A stretch of 64,000 nucleotides of DNA, taken from Balanoglossus misakiensis. Its lineage: Eukaryota; Animalia; Hemichordata. Shown here in pieces: positions 51,614 through 64,000 of the stretch. A model generated the notes under the pieces. The model ran no database searches. It had not been told where the DNA came from and was given only the letters and a program-made list of their open reading frames with translations. The DNA lies in assembly GCA_040954595.2 (NCBI GenBank), contig CM082593.2:4853434-4917433 (forward strand), written 5' to 3'. Made by a program: the position numbers and the translations under genes. Positions within the stretch are counted from its first letter, which is position 1. Each line of letters begins with the position of its first letter.

Positions 51614-54600
51614 ATTCATTGAGTATTACACACAATTTGGGATCTCATTATATATAACGCATTAGCGAAATTGGAATCCATCAAATAGTTCCCACGGGGG
51701 CAGATGAGACAATTCCGATACACTTCTTTCGGTTAATATGGAAACATCTATACTGTATCTCAGAAATTAATCACCAATTTTCGAGATGGGAATAACACCT
51801 CTTCCGTGACACGGCGTACCTTTGTTGTTCGCAGTCGCGGCTCACACGGTTCATATTACATGTAACTATATTATTGATGAGATGACAACTGTCGTGTGGT
51901 TGATATGTTATCATTTTATTAGTGAGTCTGAGTATAGACCCTGGATCTCCATATTTCATCTATACATGGGTGACAGCAGAATATCAGTCTAGCACAATTA
52001 ACCGAATGTGGGGTCGAGTTTCCACGCCAATAAGGTTAATCGCAGGTAAAACAGAGCGCAAAGAAGATTAGTTTAAATTTTCGCTCAATTTTCGTCAGTT
52101 TCAACATCTTCTGTCTGGTGGAAAAACGTGTTGACTATCCCTCATTGATTTTAAAAAAATACAGATGTGTAGCTTTTAACGTACATTTGCTTGTCAGTAT
52201 TTTTGTTCTGTCCGCAACACATCAGTTTTCGTTAATTTTTTAAAAGTTGTATGTGCGTGATGTTTTACCAGCATTGTCGTTGTTTGATCTTACAAGAATA
52301 AAAAATGCATTTCCATTAAAATGGAATCACGCAAGCACTTAAAAAATGACTGTGACAGGGAGCTGAAATTTATTATACACGACATTTAGAATGTCCAAGA
52401 CATCTTTTACGTGCTTGTGCACTTTAACCCACAAGCATTAAATGTGTTTTGGGGACAAGAGACCGACGATTCAGGCATGCGTGGAGAATCTACGCTAAAT
52501 GGACTGTCAGACGCCACGTGATTTATGCATTTAAGTCACAGGGCTGGGTAAATGCACCAGACGACAATCTCCGACAGAATCCTCTACTACAGTCTTAGTT
52601 CCCCCAGATATGTTGTTAATATAATCTTACCAGAGTGGCTGTCAAGCAATATTAAATTTGTGTTTTATTTTATTTTTACTAACGCTCTCCATGTCCCCAT
52701 ATTTTGCCATCGCTTCCATCCCTTTCTTTCTCTGTCCCATACGATATAGAGAAGTGCTAGGGAAATTACTGATGTTGTTCTGCACATTGATCGTCTTGTA
52801 TTTTAATTACAAGAGCAGTAACCACATGCTTCTTTTTGACATGACACACACACACATATATGACTTATCACTGCAATAATTTGTTCTTAAGTACGTGCGA
52901 TATAACTGTTTAAGGCTTCAAGGTGTTCAACTACCTTGCTTTACTTTCCAGATCTCTGTGAGACAAAACCACAACTCTGAACCAGCAACCAATGCCAAAT
53001 CAACAAGTGGTTGTCAAAGTGACAAAGTGAGAGCGCCCTCTTACAGTGAGAACGCAAACCCTACATTTCTCCGTTGAACAACAGCTCGCCAGTTTTGTGC
53101 TGCTCATAATTTCATACATGGTGATACATATTATTGATATTTTTCTTGCTAATAAAAGAAAAGATCATACATGTATTACAAAAATTGGATATCAACGGAA
53201 TTTTCAGCACGTCTCTTTTTATGGAACAAACAAATGTGGAAATAACTTTAAGCCTCGTCATGCGAAAATTCGAAAATCTAAGAAACAGGATCTAATTGTC
53301 ATTTTGTTTCCCAAATGTACGGGACTGAAGTATACGCATGTCACATATAAGCCGTCCAATGCGAATGAACGCGTAACTAAATAACACATTTTGTTTGCAC
53401 ATCGACCCATTATATTAAATGCGAGCTCATCTTATGCAGCATGGGTGTTTCGCCGACTAGACTAATAGTCTATTCGTTTACGTGATCAGCATCATCAAGT
53501 CATCTCCGTTGACAACGTGCCAGGTTGCAGCAGAAAAACCTATATCTGTAAAACGCCGACCAGGACACAATTTCCAATCACCCGGCGAACAAAATCCATT
53601 TCAATATCAGCCTCTCCAAATTGGCATTCAGTACATTCGCTCGAAATGCGTGAATTATATTTCAAGAAAGCCTGGCCTTTATTGATTTTAGACCATTCCA
53701 TCTTTATCTTTATTATCCGGGCCTCGGGCGCACATGCACATTAAACCCTGGCTTCAATTGCATCTTGAAAGGATGAATTCTTGGAGGGTCACGGGATATA
53801 TCGATGTGTGATACTTTGCTTGGGGCCCACTGGACAAGAATAATATCTTAACTGAACCAGGTGCAGTTCTGCAGGGTGTGTGTCAAAGGGAACAAACACA
53901 CCACTTATTAAAACCTCGCCTTAAAATTGTGCATTTGAGCTGATGATATTACTAAATTCGTTATTCATTCATTACAATCACATAATCAACATTTGTACAG
54001 TTCACGAGGTCCAATATGAGGGGCACAATATTTACTTGGACAAACTGAGACATCTTATTGTATTTTCCTGGCCATCGAATGTTTCTTATAATCCATCTAT
54101 CACTCCACAATGACCTCAGCTTGGCAGAATAATGTCAGTCACAAATTGATTGATAATTTTTCATACGAAGGATCCTCCTTAAATAATATTAATTAAGGTC
54201 ACAAAATTCTTTACTCTCATCAATCTTAATGTAAATCACCCTTCGTTATTAAACAAATCTAATGTTGTCAACAATTCAAATGTGTCTTTAAGTGAGTGTG
54301 TTGGTATTCAGTAAACTCCAAAATATGCGACATTTGCACATCTTACAATTACACCTGGCCATAACAAGCTGAAAAGCTGTTTTGAGTATTTACAAGATAA
54401 ATTATGTGGGGATTTACATGTGCTGAAGTTTTATATAAAAACTGGAATACGATGAGGTGAATTTTGTGCAGAAAGGGTCGACCCGATGTCAACGACGAGT
54501 TGGATTTCCAAGACTTTCGTTGATGGCGCACTACGGAATATTTCCACTCATACAGCCTGACATCAAAATTATCATTCAAGGTAAGGTAATCACCACGGCC

Positions 54601-57599
54601 AAAAAAATAAACAGGAAAACGACAATTGTAACAGGGTTACCTTGAGCTTCTCAATTCCATTCCGAGATCGGGAGGCGTATTCCAAACAGTGATGCAAATG
54701 ACTGGAATCAAAAGAGAAATTTACAACATCAGAACCAATTTGAACTTTCCTACAAAATAGATTTCGACATAAACTGCAAATAAATTAGGCCAAGGAATTC
54801 AATATCAAACTAATCTTGCAAGCCAGGAGTATGTTATTCTCAAGAAGTACAAAGCTTAACCGAAAATAATAGTTTCATGAAATATCACGAAACTGACACT
54901 GAAGTTTGCAAGTACGTAAATGAAATCATTTTCACAACCTCTAGAGCTTGGTAGCAGTGGACATGATACATTTATTGTAAAAACAAGATACTGATAATGA
55001 CATCATATAAACACTTCCATGTTTCACATCTGCTGCTGCCAAAAAATAAAATTTTTGGGTAATAACCAGAATCCAGCAAAATCAGGAGGTCGCCCTCGTG
55101 GACAATTCTCGTGAAAATGATAGATTCTAGGCCGGCGATGGCGCTATTAATCTTGGACTCGCCTTCCGTTCGATGATGCCAATGAGACTGACTAATCGCT
55201 AATTCCGGGCGGTGTGCCCACTTGATATCCTTTCAAAGTAACGCATTTACGTATTTAGCAAACAAATCGGGCCGGAAACTTATCAAAATAAATATTACGC
55301 ACCGCCTTTGTATTAATCTATCGCACATCAAATAAAATGGAAAGAGATATGAGGCACGTGTGACGTTTATGATATATGGCAAAAACCGACTCAAGTCATC
55401 AGCATTACAATTTGCCGCAAAAAATAGAAAATTGAGAAAAAGTAAGTATTACAAGAAACTGCAGAATTTTGAGGAAGATAGTTGCTATTTATGAACTTCT
55501 TGGTGTTCGTTTCGCGTACTTTTGATCGCGTCTTCTGTCAATTTCATCGATCGTACTGTGGTCATTGTTTTTTTGGTAGTGATTGGCAAATATCCACAGA
55601 TTCACGTGGTCGCTCTTAAGTTTCTTGCCGTATGTTTGATCGTATTAGTCACATCCTCCACACTCGAACAATGAGTTTTATCAGGCACAGAAATAGTGAT
55701 ATGCGCGTGTCCTAGGCGGAGATTGCCAAAGTTTATTGACCTGCCTTTCGACGCAACAAAATAAACCGGTGTCGAAGAAGATGACGACACAAGCCTAATA
55801 CGCCCACGTGTACGCGATTTCGTTGTTTGTTTATTATTCGAAATCATCTGTGTTCACCTGGTCATGTGAGCAACAAAACACACGGAACTTGACATACACA
55901 AGTTCAAAATAACCCCTGATTACATTTACGATACTTTACGTTGAGACGTGTACACATCTTTCCATCTAGGCTATAACAACAGACTAACAAACAAACAACA
56001 ATATCGCAGTACTAGTGGAATCAAAGATATCTTGGAAAAATTACAGGTTTTCTTCCAACTGAAAATAATGGAGGGAGCTTTTCAGACCATATATACATAC
56101 TGAACATGTTCCATATGATGTGTGACGCGAGTTGAAATTTCGTTATATATTACGAGTTTTTCAAGAAAATAACTTTTAAAATCGACGTCGGACAGGTTTA
56201 TTTCACCACTGTGAAAATGTAATTATCAACACGAATGTAAAATATCTGTTATTATGGTATCAGATATGATGCAATTAAATACTAGGATCCCATGGCATAT
56301 CGATGAGTTGATAATCATTTTTAATCTGGGAACCAAAATTAATAGTTAAATCGATACGCGGTTTCGCAGTCTGCTAAATAACTCTGAAACGCCCTTAAAA
56401 CATTCACTGGTTTGAAAGTATGATGTTAAATGGTCCATTGTTATCATAAATCTATTTACTTGACTGTTTGGGTGGCCCCACCCTCCTGACAGGAGTGGTA
56501 TAAACCCCACCCTTTTAACGCAGACCCTATGACCCACGTACTGGGCGGGGCTGTATATAAGTGGTCAAAGTTGGCGCGTCTTTTGTAGGGGTTTCTCTTG
56601 ATTTTCTCTTTTATTGAAATGCAAATGTTAAGCCTAGTATTGCATGTATTTGCATTTCACAGGCGATATCTGGTTTTATCGCGGCAGCAGTTTCTCTGTC
56701 CAGTTACCATGGTTACGTTAGTTTTAACCGTTCATATTATAAAGAGAACTTCAGCGACAGTGGTCATTTCAAGGGCGTTGCCATCTATTAATAGGAAGGT
56801 GGAACAAATTCTCACAATGACAAAAGTTCTATTGGTTACTGAAATAAGTTCTTTTACCTGCATGATTACGTTCAACTTCATAAGCAGAAATAAAGCAGTT
56901 GTTTATTTTAATTTTCAATGAATACCTTGAAACATAGCCAGTGGAGTTGAGCTACTGTATATTCTTCAAATTATGATTTTGCATGCTGTAGTTGAAATAC
57001 GTTTAGATAATCAGAGGTGGTGGTGGTGGTTGGTGTAGAGTTCCTGCTATAGTTTGAAATTGAAAGTCCCCTCTCGATCGATATATTTTTGAAAGAGGGC
57101 GGACGCACACGGTTTACATGTCGCCGGTTGTCTTCGCGCATGACCGTTGACTACATTGGGAGGACACTACAAGCAGAAGGTTAACGACCTGGACTAGTCA
57201 GACAGTTTGCGGGTTGATTTAACGCACACATAAATACTCTTAAAACTTACCAGCGACAAAGGACGTGATAGTCCATTTTAATGTAACTGTGATATTATTC
57301 ATATGTTTGTTTTTCCCATGGCTGTTGTTTTTTTTCCACTATTTTCTGGGACCCTGGGAGCACAAATGTCAATTTGTCAGAGTGTAAATACATATATTTA
57401 TTTGAAAACCGTTTTAATACGTGCAAATAGTCTATGTTTTGTTTGTATCATTGTTTTAATGTTGCATTAGCTAGGCAACAACTTGTTTTATCCGACCACA
57501 AGTTCTGGTCAAATTTAATGAGATAAATGTGCACCACATTTCAGTGTGTGTAAGATTAAGGCAGAAAAGTGTGGTTTTTTTTAAGTAGACTACAGTCTC

Positions 57600-58113
57600 C
57601 AACCATGGGAAAACGAAGCAGTGATATTATTATAAAGCTGGCCGATCGAGCAACTTTATGCGGAAGTTACCTGTGATTTGGGCGGGGTTTTGCCATGTAC
57701 GGCAGTGAAATCAACACCTGCATCCCATATACGGAGAACAGTGCACTTGATTGACAGCCAGCAGCTGTTATCATTACCATGCCAAATGAGAGAAAGATGG
57801 CGAAAGAACCCGTTTACGTAGCACCGATATCTCCGATACTGCCAGGATTTCTCAAGATCGGGGGCCTTTCTTTCGTTACCATTGCACAGAGAGAGTGATC
57901 AATGATCGAAGAAACTGTCGCCGTGGTCAAATGACTGATTTTCAAATAGGTTTTGAGTTTGGTCGCCAGAGAAACCGTTCCAACTGTACCTTTTCGCAAC
58001 TGACACAAGATGGCTGCCTCTATGGCCATCCATATTTGTGATCTAATAGTTCGTTGGACAGACACAACTTTCGCCAACTGTTAATATTTGAGGAATTATT
58101 GATGCTCATCAAG
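57600..58113 (+). promoter_or_regulatory. CpG-rich promoter/5' UTR of the DLG5-like gene
   Basis: GC box GGGCGGGG near 57680, YY1-type AAGATGGCG (~57794) and CAAGATGGCTGCC (58006-58018), elevated CpG. Confidence 0.6.
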
Positions 58114-58390
58114 ATGGAAGAGAAACACAAGGAACTCATACAGCGACATCGGACGAAGTTTGTGCAGTCGGTCGAAGTGGAACGCCTGTACCCCATACTT
58201 CAAAATTCCGGTGTTTTGAGCCCGAATGACACCGAGGAAATCGGGCGAATGGGAACCCCACATGGTAAAGTGGAAAAACTACTGGATATTTTGCCGAATA
58301 AAGGGGGTCAGGCTTTCAAATCGCTCTGTCTAGCCCTGGAGACCACATATCCACACCTACTGACAATTATGTTCCTTGGGAGCAACGTAG
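58114..58390 (+). CDS. DLG5: First coding exon of a Discs large 5-like MAGUK (N-terminal CARD-like domain)
   Basis: AAGATGG Kozak (in-frame alternative ATG at 58102); MEEKHKELIQRHRTKFVQSVEVERLYPILQNSGVLS...KVEKLLDILPNKGGQAFKSLCLALETTYPHLLTIMFLG has a CARD pattern, and its end matches DLG5 (F.DL..ALEKT.PHLL.I.YL); donor TAG|gtaagt, phase 1. The CARD call is firm; DLG5 identity rests on this one exon. Confidence 0.85.
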
Positions 58391-60608
58391 GTAAGTCTGA
58401 CGCAGGGCGATTTGTAACAACAAATCGACACTGTCCGTCACGATACGATTTGTTGGTGTTTGGGCTCGGGGCATTGCAATCACCGGTCACAAACACTGTG
58501 GAAACTTCGACAGTGAGTTTGCACAACCATTGAGCCTGTGTGTTGCGATGTTTCGAGCCGTCCCTGCTTCACGCCACGGAACGTCTTTGATGTTCCGTTG
58601 GGTTGCACGAGTCACATTTTAGGTAGGTGGTAGGGTGGTGGTGTAAGGCTAGGTACAAGGTAGGCGCATGTTCCCTACTGAATAATTGAACAGTCCCAGG
58701 GAAGCCATGGTACTTGTCACCTACATGTATGGCCCAGTCAATGGTATCATGAGAAAATAATCGGGTGGAACGGACATTATTTTTCGCCAGATTAAAAACC
58801 CAGCAGGGGATAGACACATTCCTTTTTAAGTTTAATTTTTGCAAACTAGTAAACTATGTGCTGTACGTTGTTCCACGTGGAGGTCTGATTTTCGTTCACA
58901 ATAAAAACACCAGCTTCAACTTTTCTGTCCGAACCCACTTTCCTGTGTCCAAGTTGTAACCCAGTGGGATTGACATGACACTGGCAACCCACGTCGCTTG
59001 CAAACACCCACTGTGTTTTCAGATGAAATGACAAACTAATAATTGGTCGACTTGGGGGCTGTTCTCCCCAATCTTTAGCCTAAGTGCTGACATTGACAAG
59101 GGAACGTTATTTTTGGACTTGGCCCAGGAAGTGGAAGAGGTCATGGAAAAGTTGAAATTCAAAGCACTGTCACACATCATTGTTTTAGATTCTGCATTCT
59201 ATTGTTGCAACATGTATTTGTTGCTTTTTGCTATTGACGCAGTCCTTGTCAAAAATACTAGGTCTCTTTACGTCAAGTAAGGAAAACTAACTTTTAATGG
59301 GAAACTAGAAATATTAACAATTTGAATAAAAATGTTGTAATGCGTATGTTTCATAAGCAATTCAATTTCATTGAAGCCAAGTACTTCCTAAGAACCCATA
59401 CATGTCCTTCCCCCAAGTACTATGAATTTCCGGAAAGAAATCTGAAATCCTGAGTGTCGTAGCTGGTTAGTGTGTTTTGGTTTAGACCTGGACTGTTGGT
59501 GTTAATCGGAGGTCTGGTTGTTATTGTCGAAAGATACACGGTACAATGTACCGTAGTATACCAAAGGCTGAAGTCCATGTTAATTAATACGTGTACAGTA
59601 GCATTTAATTGATAAACTTTAAAAAAAAGGGAACTCGCATGTTAGACTGTTGATGGACTCCTGTGCCTTTTTGAAGACTGGCATTTGAACTCGTGGCCTG
59701 TATTTGGGATGTTGTGCTGCAGTGTGTGACGTTAGTCGTTTGATTTCTGTGATAAAGTTATGGTGAATTGATGTCGCTTGTCTGTATTATTTACCGAGGG
59801 CAACAGCAGACAATTTTGACAAGTTTTACCATTAGCAAACCTTTTGAACAGAAATAAAGCACAAGTCGCCTGTTATAATGTTGCTAAGTGAAAATGGTCT
59901 GACTCAGTCATTTCTCTGAACACCAAGTCACAATACAATACTTTTGTATTCCTTATTCTCATTGTTAGCTTGAGTCAATCATCGTGACTTTTTTTCTAGA
60001 GGAAATCCTGCTTGTTTGTTTCTAATGTCAGGTTTAAACGTTGTATCATGACTTGAAATCTGGTCGGTAGGCTGTTGATTACAGCCCTATATCTCTTTAA
60101 TGAATTTGGTGTGAAATTTCATCTCAAACCAATTTCATTACACACAAAGATGGGTTAATTATGATTTTCAGTGATTACCTGAAATTATGAACATGATTTG
60201 ACCCATGATTATATTCAGTATAGTTTGATCAAAGAAAGATAATCACTGGTCTGTAAAAAAACCCAAATTTGATTCATTAAGATTTTATTGATCTATTGTA
60301 TTGAGATTCATGGTTTATGTTGATTATTTTAACGATTTAAATATCAATTAATATAGCAAAGCATTGTATTTGTTTTATGGGCTTGTTCTCTATACTTATT
60401 GGACATTACATCATTGCCCATAATTTCATTCGTTCTTGCTGGATCCTGGTACACTTTGATATGGTGTAAAACGATACCTTCAGCGATCTCTACGTGTACC
60501 ATCCACCCGTTGGCACCTTTGTGTATGGAGTCACCCCAAATCAGACAGCAACTGAACCCACCCATTGCATTGTTGAGCTCACAGAATGACTGTAACACTT
60601 ATCAGAGA

Positions 60609-60623
60609 GGGGGGGGGGGGGGG
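60609..60623. repeat. Poly-G run (15 nt)
   Basis: Directly visible; a similar G tract lies at 10087-10107. Confidence 0.9.
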
Positions 60624-61081
60624 TCAAGGGTGAGCTGGCTTGAGTGTGATTACAAAGTGTGATGTAACAGTGAGACAGTTGAACTGCAATTGACAGGAGA
60701 CCCTGTGTTGTTGGGTCTGTGCATTTCTATCAAAACCTTGTCTTGACCATGTTTCGCTGTGTTTCTCTGAGTCCTGAGCACTGCCTGTCAAAGGCTGTGT
60801 TTTATTGCCTGTGTTTCGGGTACAGTAGTCCAGTAGGATGTCAGAACCTATTTTCCATGCAAAATACATTTGTAAACTAGCGTCCTATTCTCTGTTCGAA
60901 ATAAAATGTGACATTGACGTCGTGCTTTTAAGCGAGTGTGAATGTGTGATTTGGTTGTTATCACATGATCACACTTAGGAGAGTCATCTGTGATGTTTCT
61001 CGGAGTTCATTGCTACCCCAGAATTTCGATAAAACCAGTTCTGTTTAAATTCAACACTTCATTGAGGCAACTTTTGTCAAA

Positions 61082-61121
61082 TGTGTGTGTGTGTGTGGGG
61101 GGGGGGGGTATGTGTGTGTGT
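61082..61121. repeat. (TG)n-poly-G-(TG)n compound microsatellite
   Basis: Directly visible. Confidence 0.9.
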
Positions 61122-64000
61122 CAGGCTAATGACAATGTGCATTTATGCCACCCTGAAATGAGACATAGAACAGAACCCATAGATCTGACATGAGGCAGCT
61201 TTTAGTGAGTTATACTACCATCATTTTGATTTTTATTACCACCATCTCTGCCTTCTTAATGTCCATTTCTCGAGAGTTAAAGAGACTTGAGGCAAGGTCG
61301 CTGGTGAGGTCAACTTGCAGGGCTTTCTGTTCCATCTTGAAGAGCCCTGCTCTTCTCTGACCATCATTCCCATCATCCCCCAGTACTGATAAACAAGACA
61401 AGGCAGAATGTGTTGTTGCCACAACGACTCACATAAATGGTGACGTTACACTCACATGAAGATTTCAAAGAAATCGTAGTTTCGATTGATAATAAATCAA
61501 TATGTTCTCAGAGCTGTCTAGGAATTCTCAGATATCATGCTTGTGAAAGTTTTAGAGACCACTTTCACTTTCGTTTAACAGTTGTGATTGTACTGAATCA
61601 ACAGAGTTTTGTATGAATTACAAGAAATGTACAAATGTAGCTAGTGATTTTTCCCTCCCAGTGGAAAAGACGGAATGATAACGGATGTCTGGGTTGATGT
61701 TGAAGTCCACAAAGCACTCACTGGTTTCAGCTTGTCGCTAACAGCATGTGAGAGATGTTCAGTCAATGTTTGACATCGCATTTGTCAAAGATACGTGTAG
61801 TCTTACGTACTTGGGATTGAATGAATTTCTACCGCTGAGTGAAGATCCAGGCCTATAGTTTGACAATAGCAGCAAAATTTTATATGGATTTGAAAAATGG
61901 GAAGCTGGTAAAATGTCAAAATGTGGAAAGATTTGGTAGAGACTTTTGCAGCTACGTGTAGTGGCCATATTATCTGTACATGATTGTCCGTTGTGGGTGA
62001 TGAAATCCTGTATTCTGACATGCTGTAAGGATATACACTGTACCCATCTGCAGCTGATTCCAAGATTCAAGTGTTGGAAATGTATTCTTTCCTAATTTGA
62101 AATTGAATTTGTGATAAATTTCACACCAGTAGCGTAAATTATCAACTCAAGGGCTTGTACAGTAAATTATGTTGAAAAATTTCACTGTTGCAATGGTATG
62201 TATATTTCAAAACATGTATATTTCATTGAGTTTATCCCTTTTGAATTTCTTGTGGGAAACTGGGAATGCTTTTAGATACATCCAGACTGGACGTTGGACA
62301 CACCTTCTACTGTTAAATCAATACAGGTCTGAAACGGCATCAAAGATGGGAAGTTTTCAGAAAATACGGAAACAAAGGGACAAAATGGAGCCAGGTGGTC
62401 GGTTAAACTCGCGTGGGTAAAGAGACGATGAGACACTTTGATAATCTTAATCGTTGTATTCTGCATAGTAACCAGTATGAGGTTTGTCGCGACAGACTGG
62501 TAATTTTGTCTGACCTGCATCAACTGTGTAGTATTTTGTGTTTTTAGTGTAAATAGAATTTCGCGGTCAGACAGATTTTGGGGTGTGCCGTACAATATCT
62601 CTGTTGTGGCGTCGCCACGAAGGCTGATGAACTGGGCTTAGTTTATAAGCAAAACCTGCCATTCCTGGGTGGGGATTTTTTTTAGTTCTCTGAATGGCAT
62701 CATTTGTGAATAATTCTGCTGGAGACGGGAACACACGCTGGGGTTTTACACAAGTCTGTTCCATTACTGTGATTTTCATTGAATGACGTCAAGAAAATTG
62801 TGGAAATTTGGGGTTGTTACTGAAATTCTGATTGGACGGCACTGCAGAAAACCTTTCGATTGTCATTTCTTTGATGGAAGGAAATTAATTATGAAAATTT
62901 GGGAAATGTTTTTGATCCCCTTTTATCGTGAAAAATTTGTACGATATTGGCACTGCAGGTATCGTTCTGACTTCATTTAAGCTGAAGGTCTGAAATTCAG
63001 TCTTATGGATGCCAATCGTGAAGTAAAAACAAACAACAAGGATTGATTTGAACAACTTGACTTTGAGACCATATTGTTCAGTCAATATTTAAAAATATGA
63101 GGGTAGGTTTTGAAATATAAGTTTGTTTTTTGGCAGTTATTTTGGTGGAAGAAGTCAAGGGTGGATGCAAATGCCAAAATGACAACTTTTTAGGTATGAG
63201 GGGTACATTTAAAAAGCTAATGAATGAGTTGGCAAAAATCAATAACTATTACAGGAAGCATTACAATTAACATGATTTCCTGGTTATAATTACGCGAGTA
63301 ATCAGTTGGAATTGTTACTCATCATCAGAGCAGAGCGCTTTGCATTTTTAAACATCAAATATGTTGCCCAACTTCTGCATAATTCCAGATGATCAGCAAA
63401 TTTGATATTCAGTCATTTGAGGGAAAATGGATAGTTATGGCTGAAAAGTAAACTTTTATGAAGTGAGAGTGAAAACACATGTACATGTAGGTTTCACTTG
63501 ATTATGAAGACAATTTTAATCAAATTCCTTTTCCCTAAGACGGTAATTAACAATAAATCTCCTCATGACTTTTTATGTTTTCACAGAAAAATTTGACCAG
63601 GTGATCTCATAATTACAAATGAGTAATGAGTTTCATAGAATTTTTATAATGCAGTGTGATGAAGTACTGTTGTCAGTTTCATCGATACTTTGTGCAGCAG
63701 TTTTTTGTACATCATTTTATCGACGAATTATTTGCAAAATATCGAAAATAATATTCTCTTTTTCGGTGTGCTTACACAATTATGTTACCAAGGCAGATTG
63801 CACTTTGAAATGACAGCTTAGCCAGCATCGACTCAAAATTGATATGAACATCAGAGAAAATTGGAAAATTAAATTAGTGCTGGCAAGTGATCTCGGGGCT
63901 AGCTAAAATGATTGCAGAGTGTTATGTAAGTTAATTCATGACGGGATCTTATCTGTTAACTGGGGTAACATTTCGTGCTTGCACTAAGGTTGTAGGAATT

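Noticed and set aside
58391-64000. Further DLG5 exons
   Set aside because: No convincing phase-1 exon with coding character; treated as first intron.
1-64000. CRISPR array, tRNA/rRNA, operons, transposase or reverse-transcriptase ORFs
   Set aside because: No regularly spaced repeats, no recognisable structural RNA, and no ORF with such motifs; most short ORFs in the track look like noise in intronic DNA.

Overview
AT-rich metazoan (invertebrate-type) genomic DNA with spliceosomal introns; no prokaryotic genes, rRNA, tRNA or CRISPR were seen. Two genes lie head-to-head. (1) On the minus strand is the 5' part of a canonical ankyrin (ANK1/2/3, Ank2/unc-44 family). It has a probable distal first exon at 49426-49458 (MSASGEGGGGQ), a ~39.7-kb first intron, and ankyrin-repeat exons at 9573-9674 ([34 protein letters not shown]) and 3267-3365 ([33 protein letters not shown]); the gene continues beyond position 1. 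(2) On the plus strand is the first coding exon of a DLG5-like gene (CARD-like domain, 58114-58390). The main unexplained structure is a series of about 10 short ATG-initiated segments on the ankyrin strand, each ending in a phase-0 splice donor and therefore in frame with the constant exons. This suggests an array of alternative promoters and N-termini, including a beta-thymosin/WH2-like peptide and an acidic exon that would replace ANK repeat 1; some candidates are expected by chance. The introns also hold TTAA-flanked palindromic MITEs, a strong excess of TACATGTA (Tc1-type footprint), and clusters of RFX, ZNF143 and nuclear-receptor motifs. All counts and alignments were done by eye.
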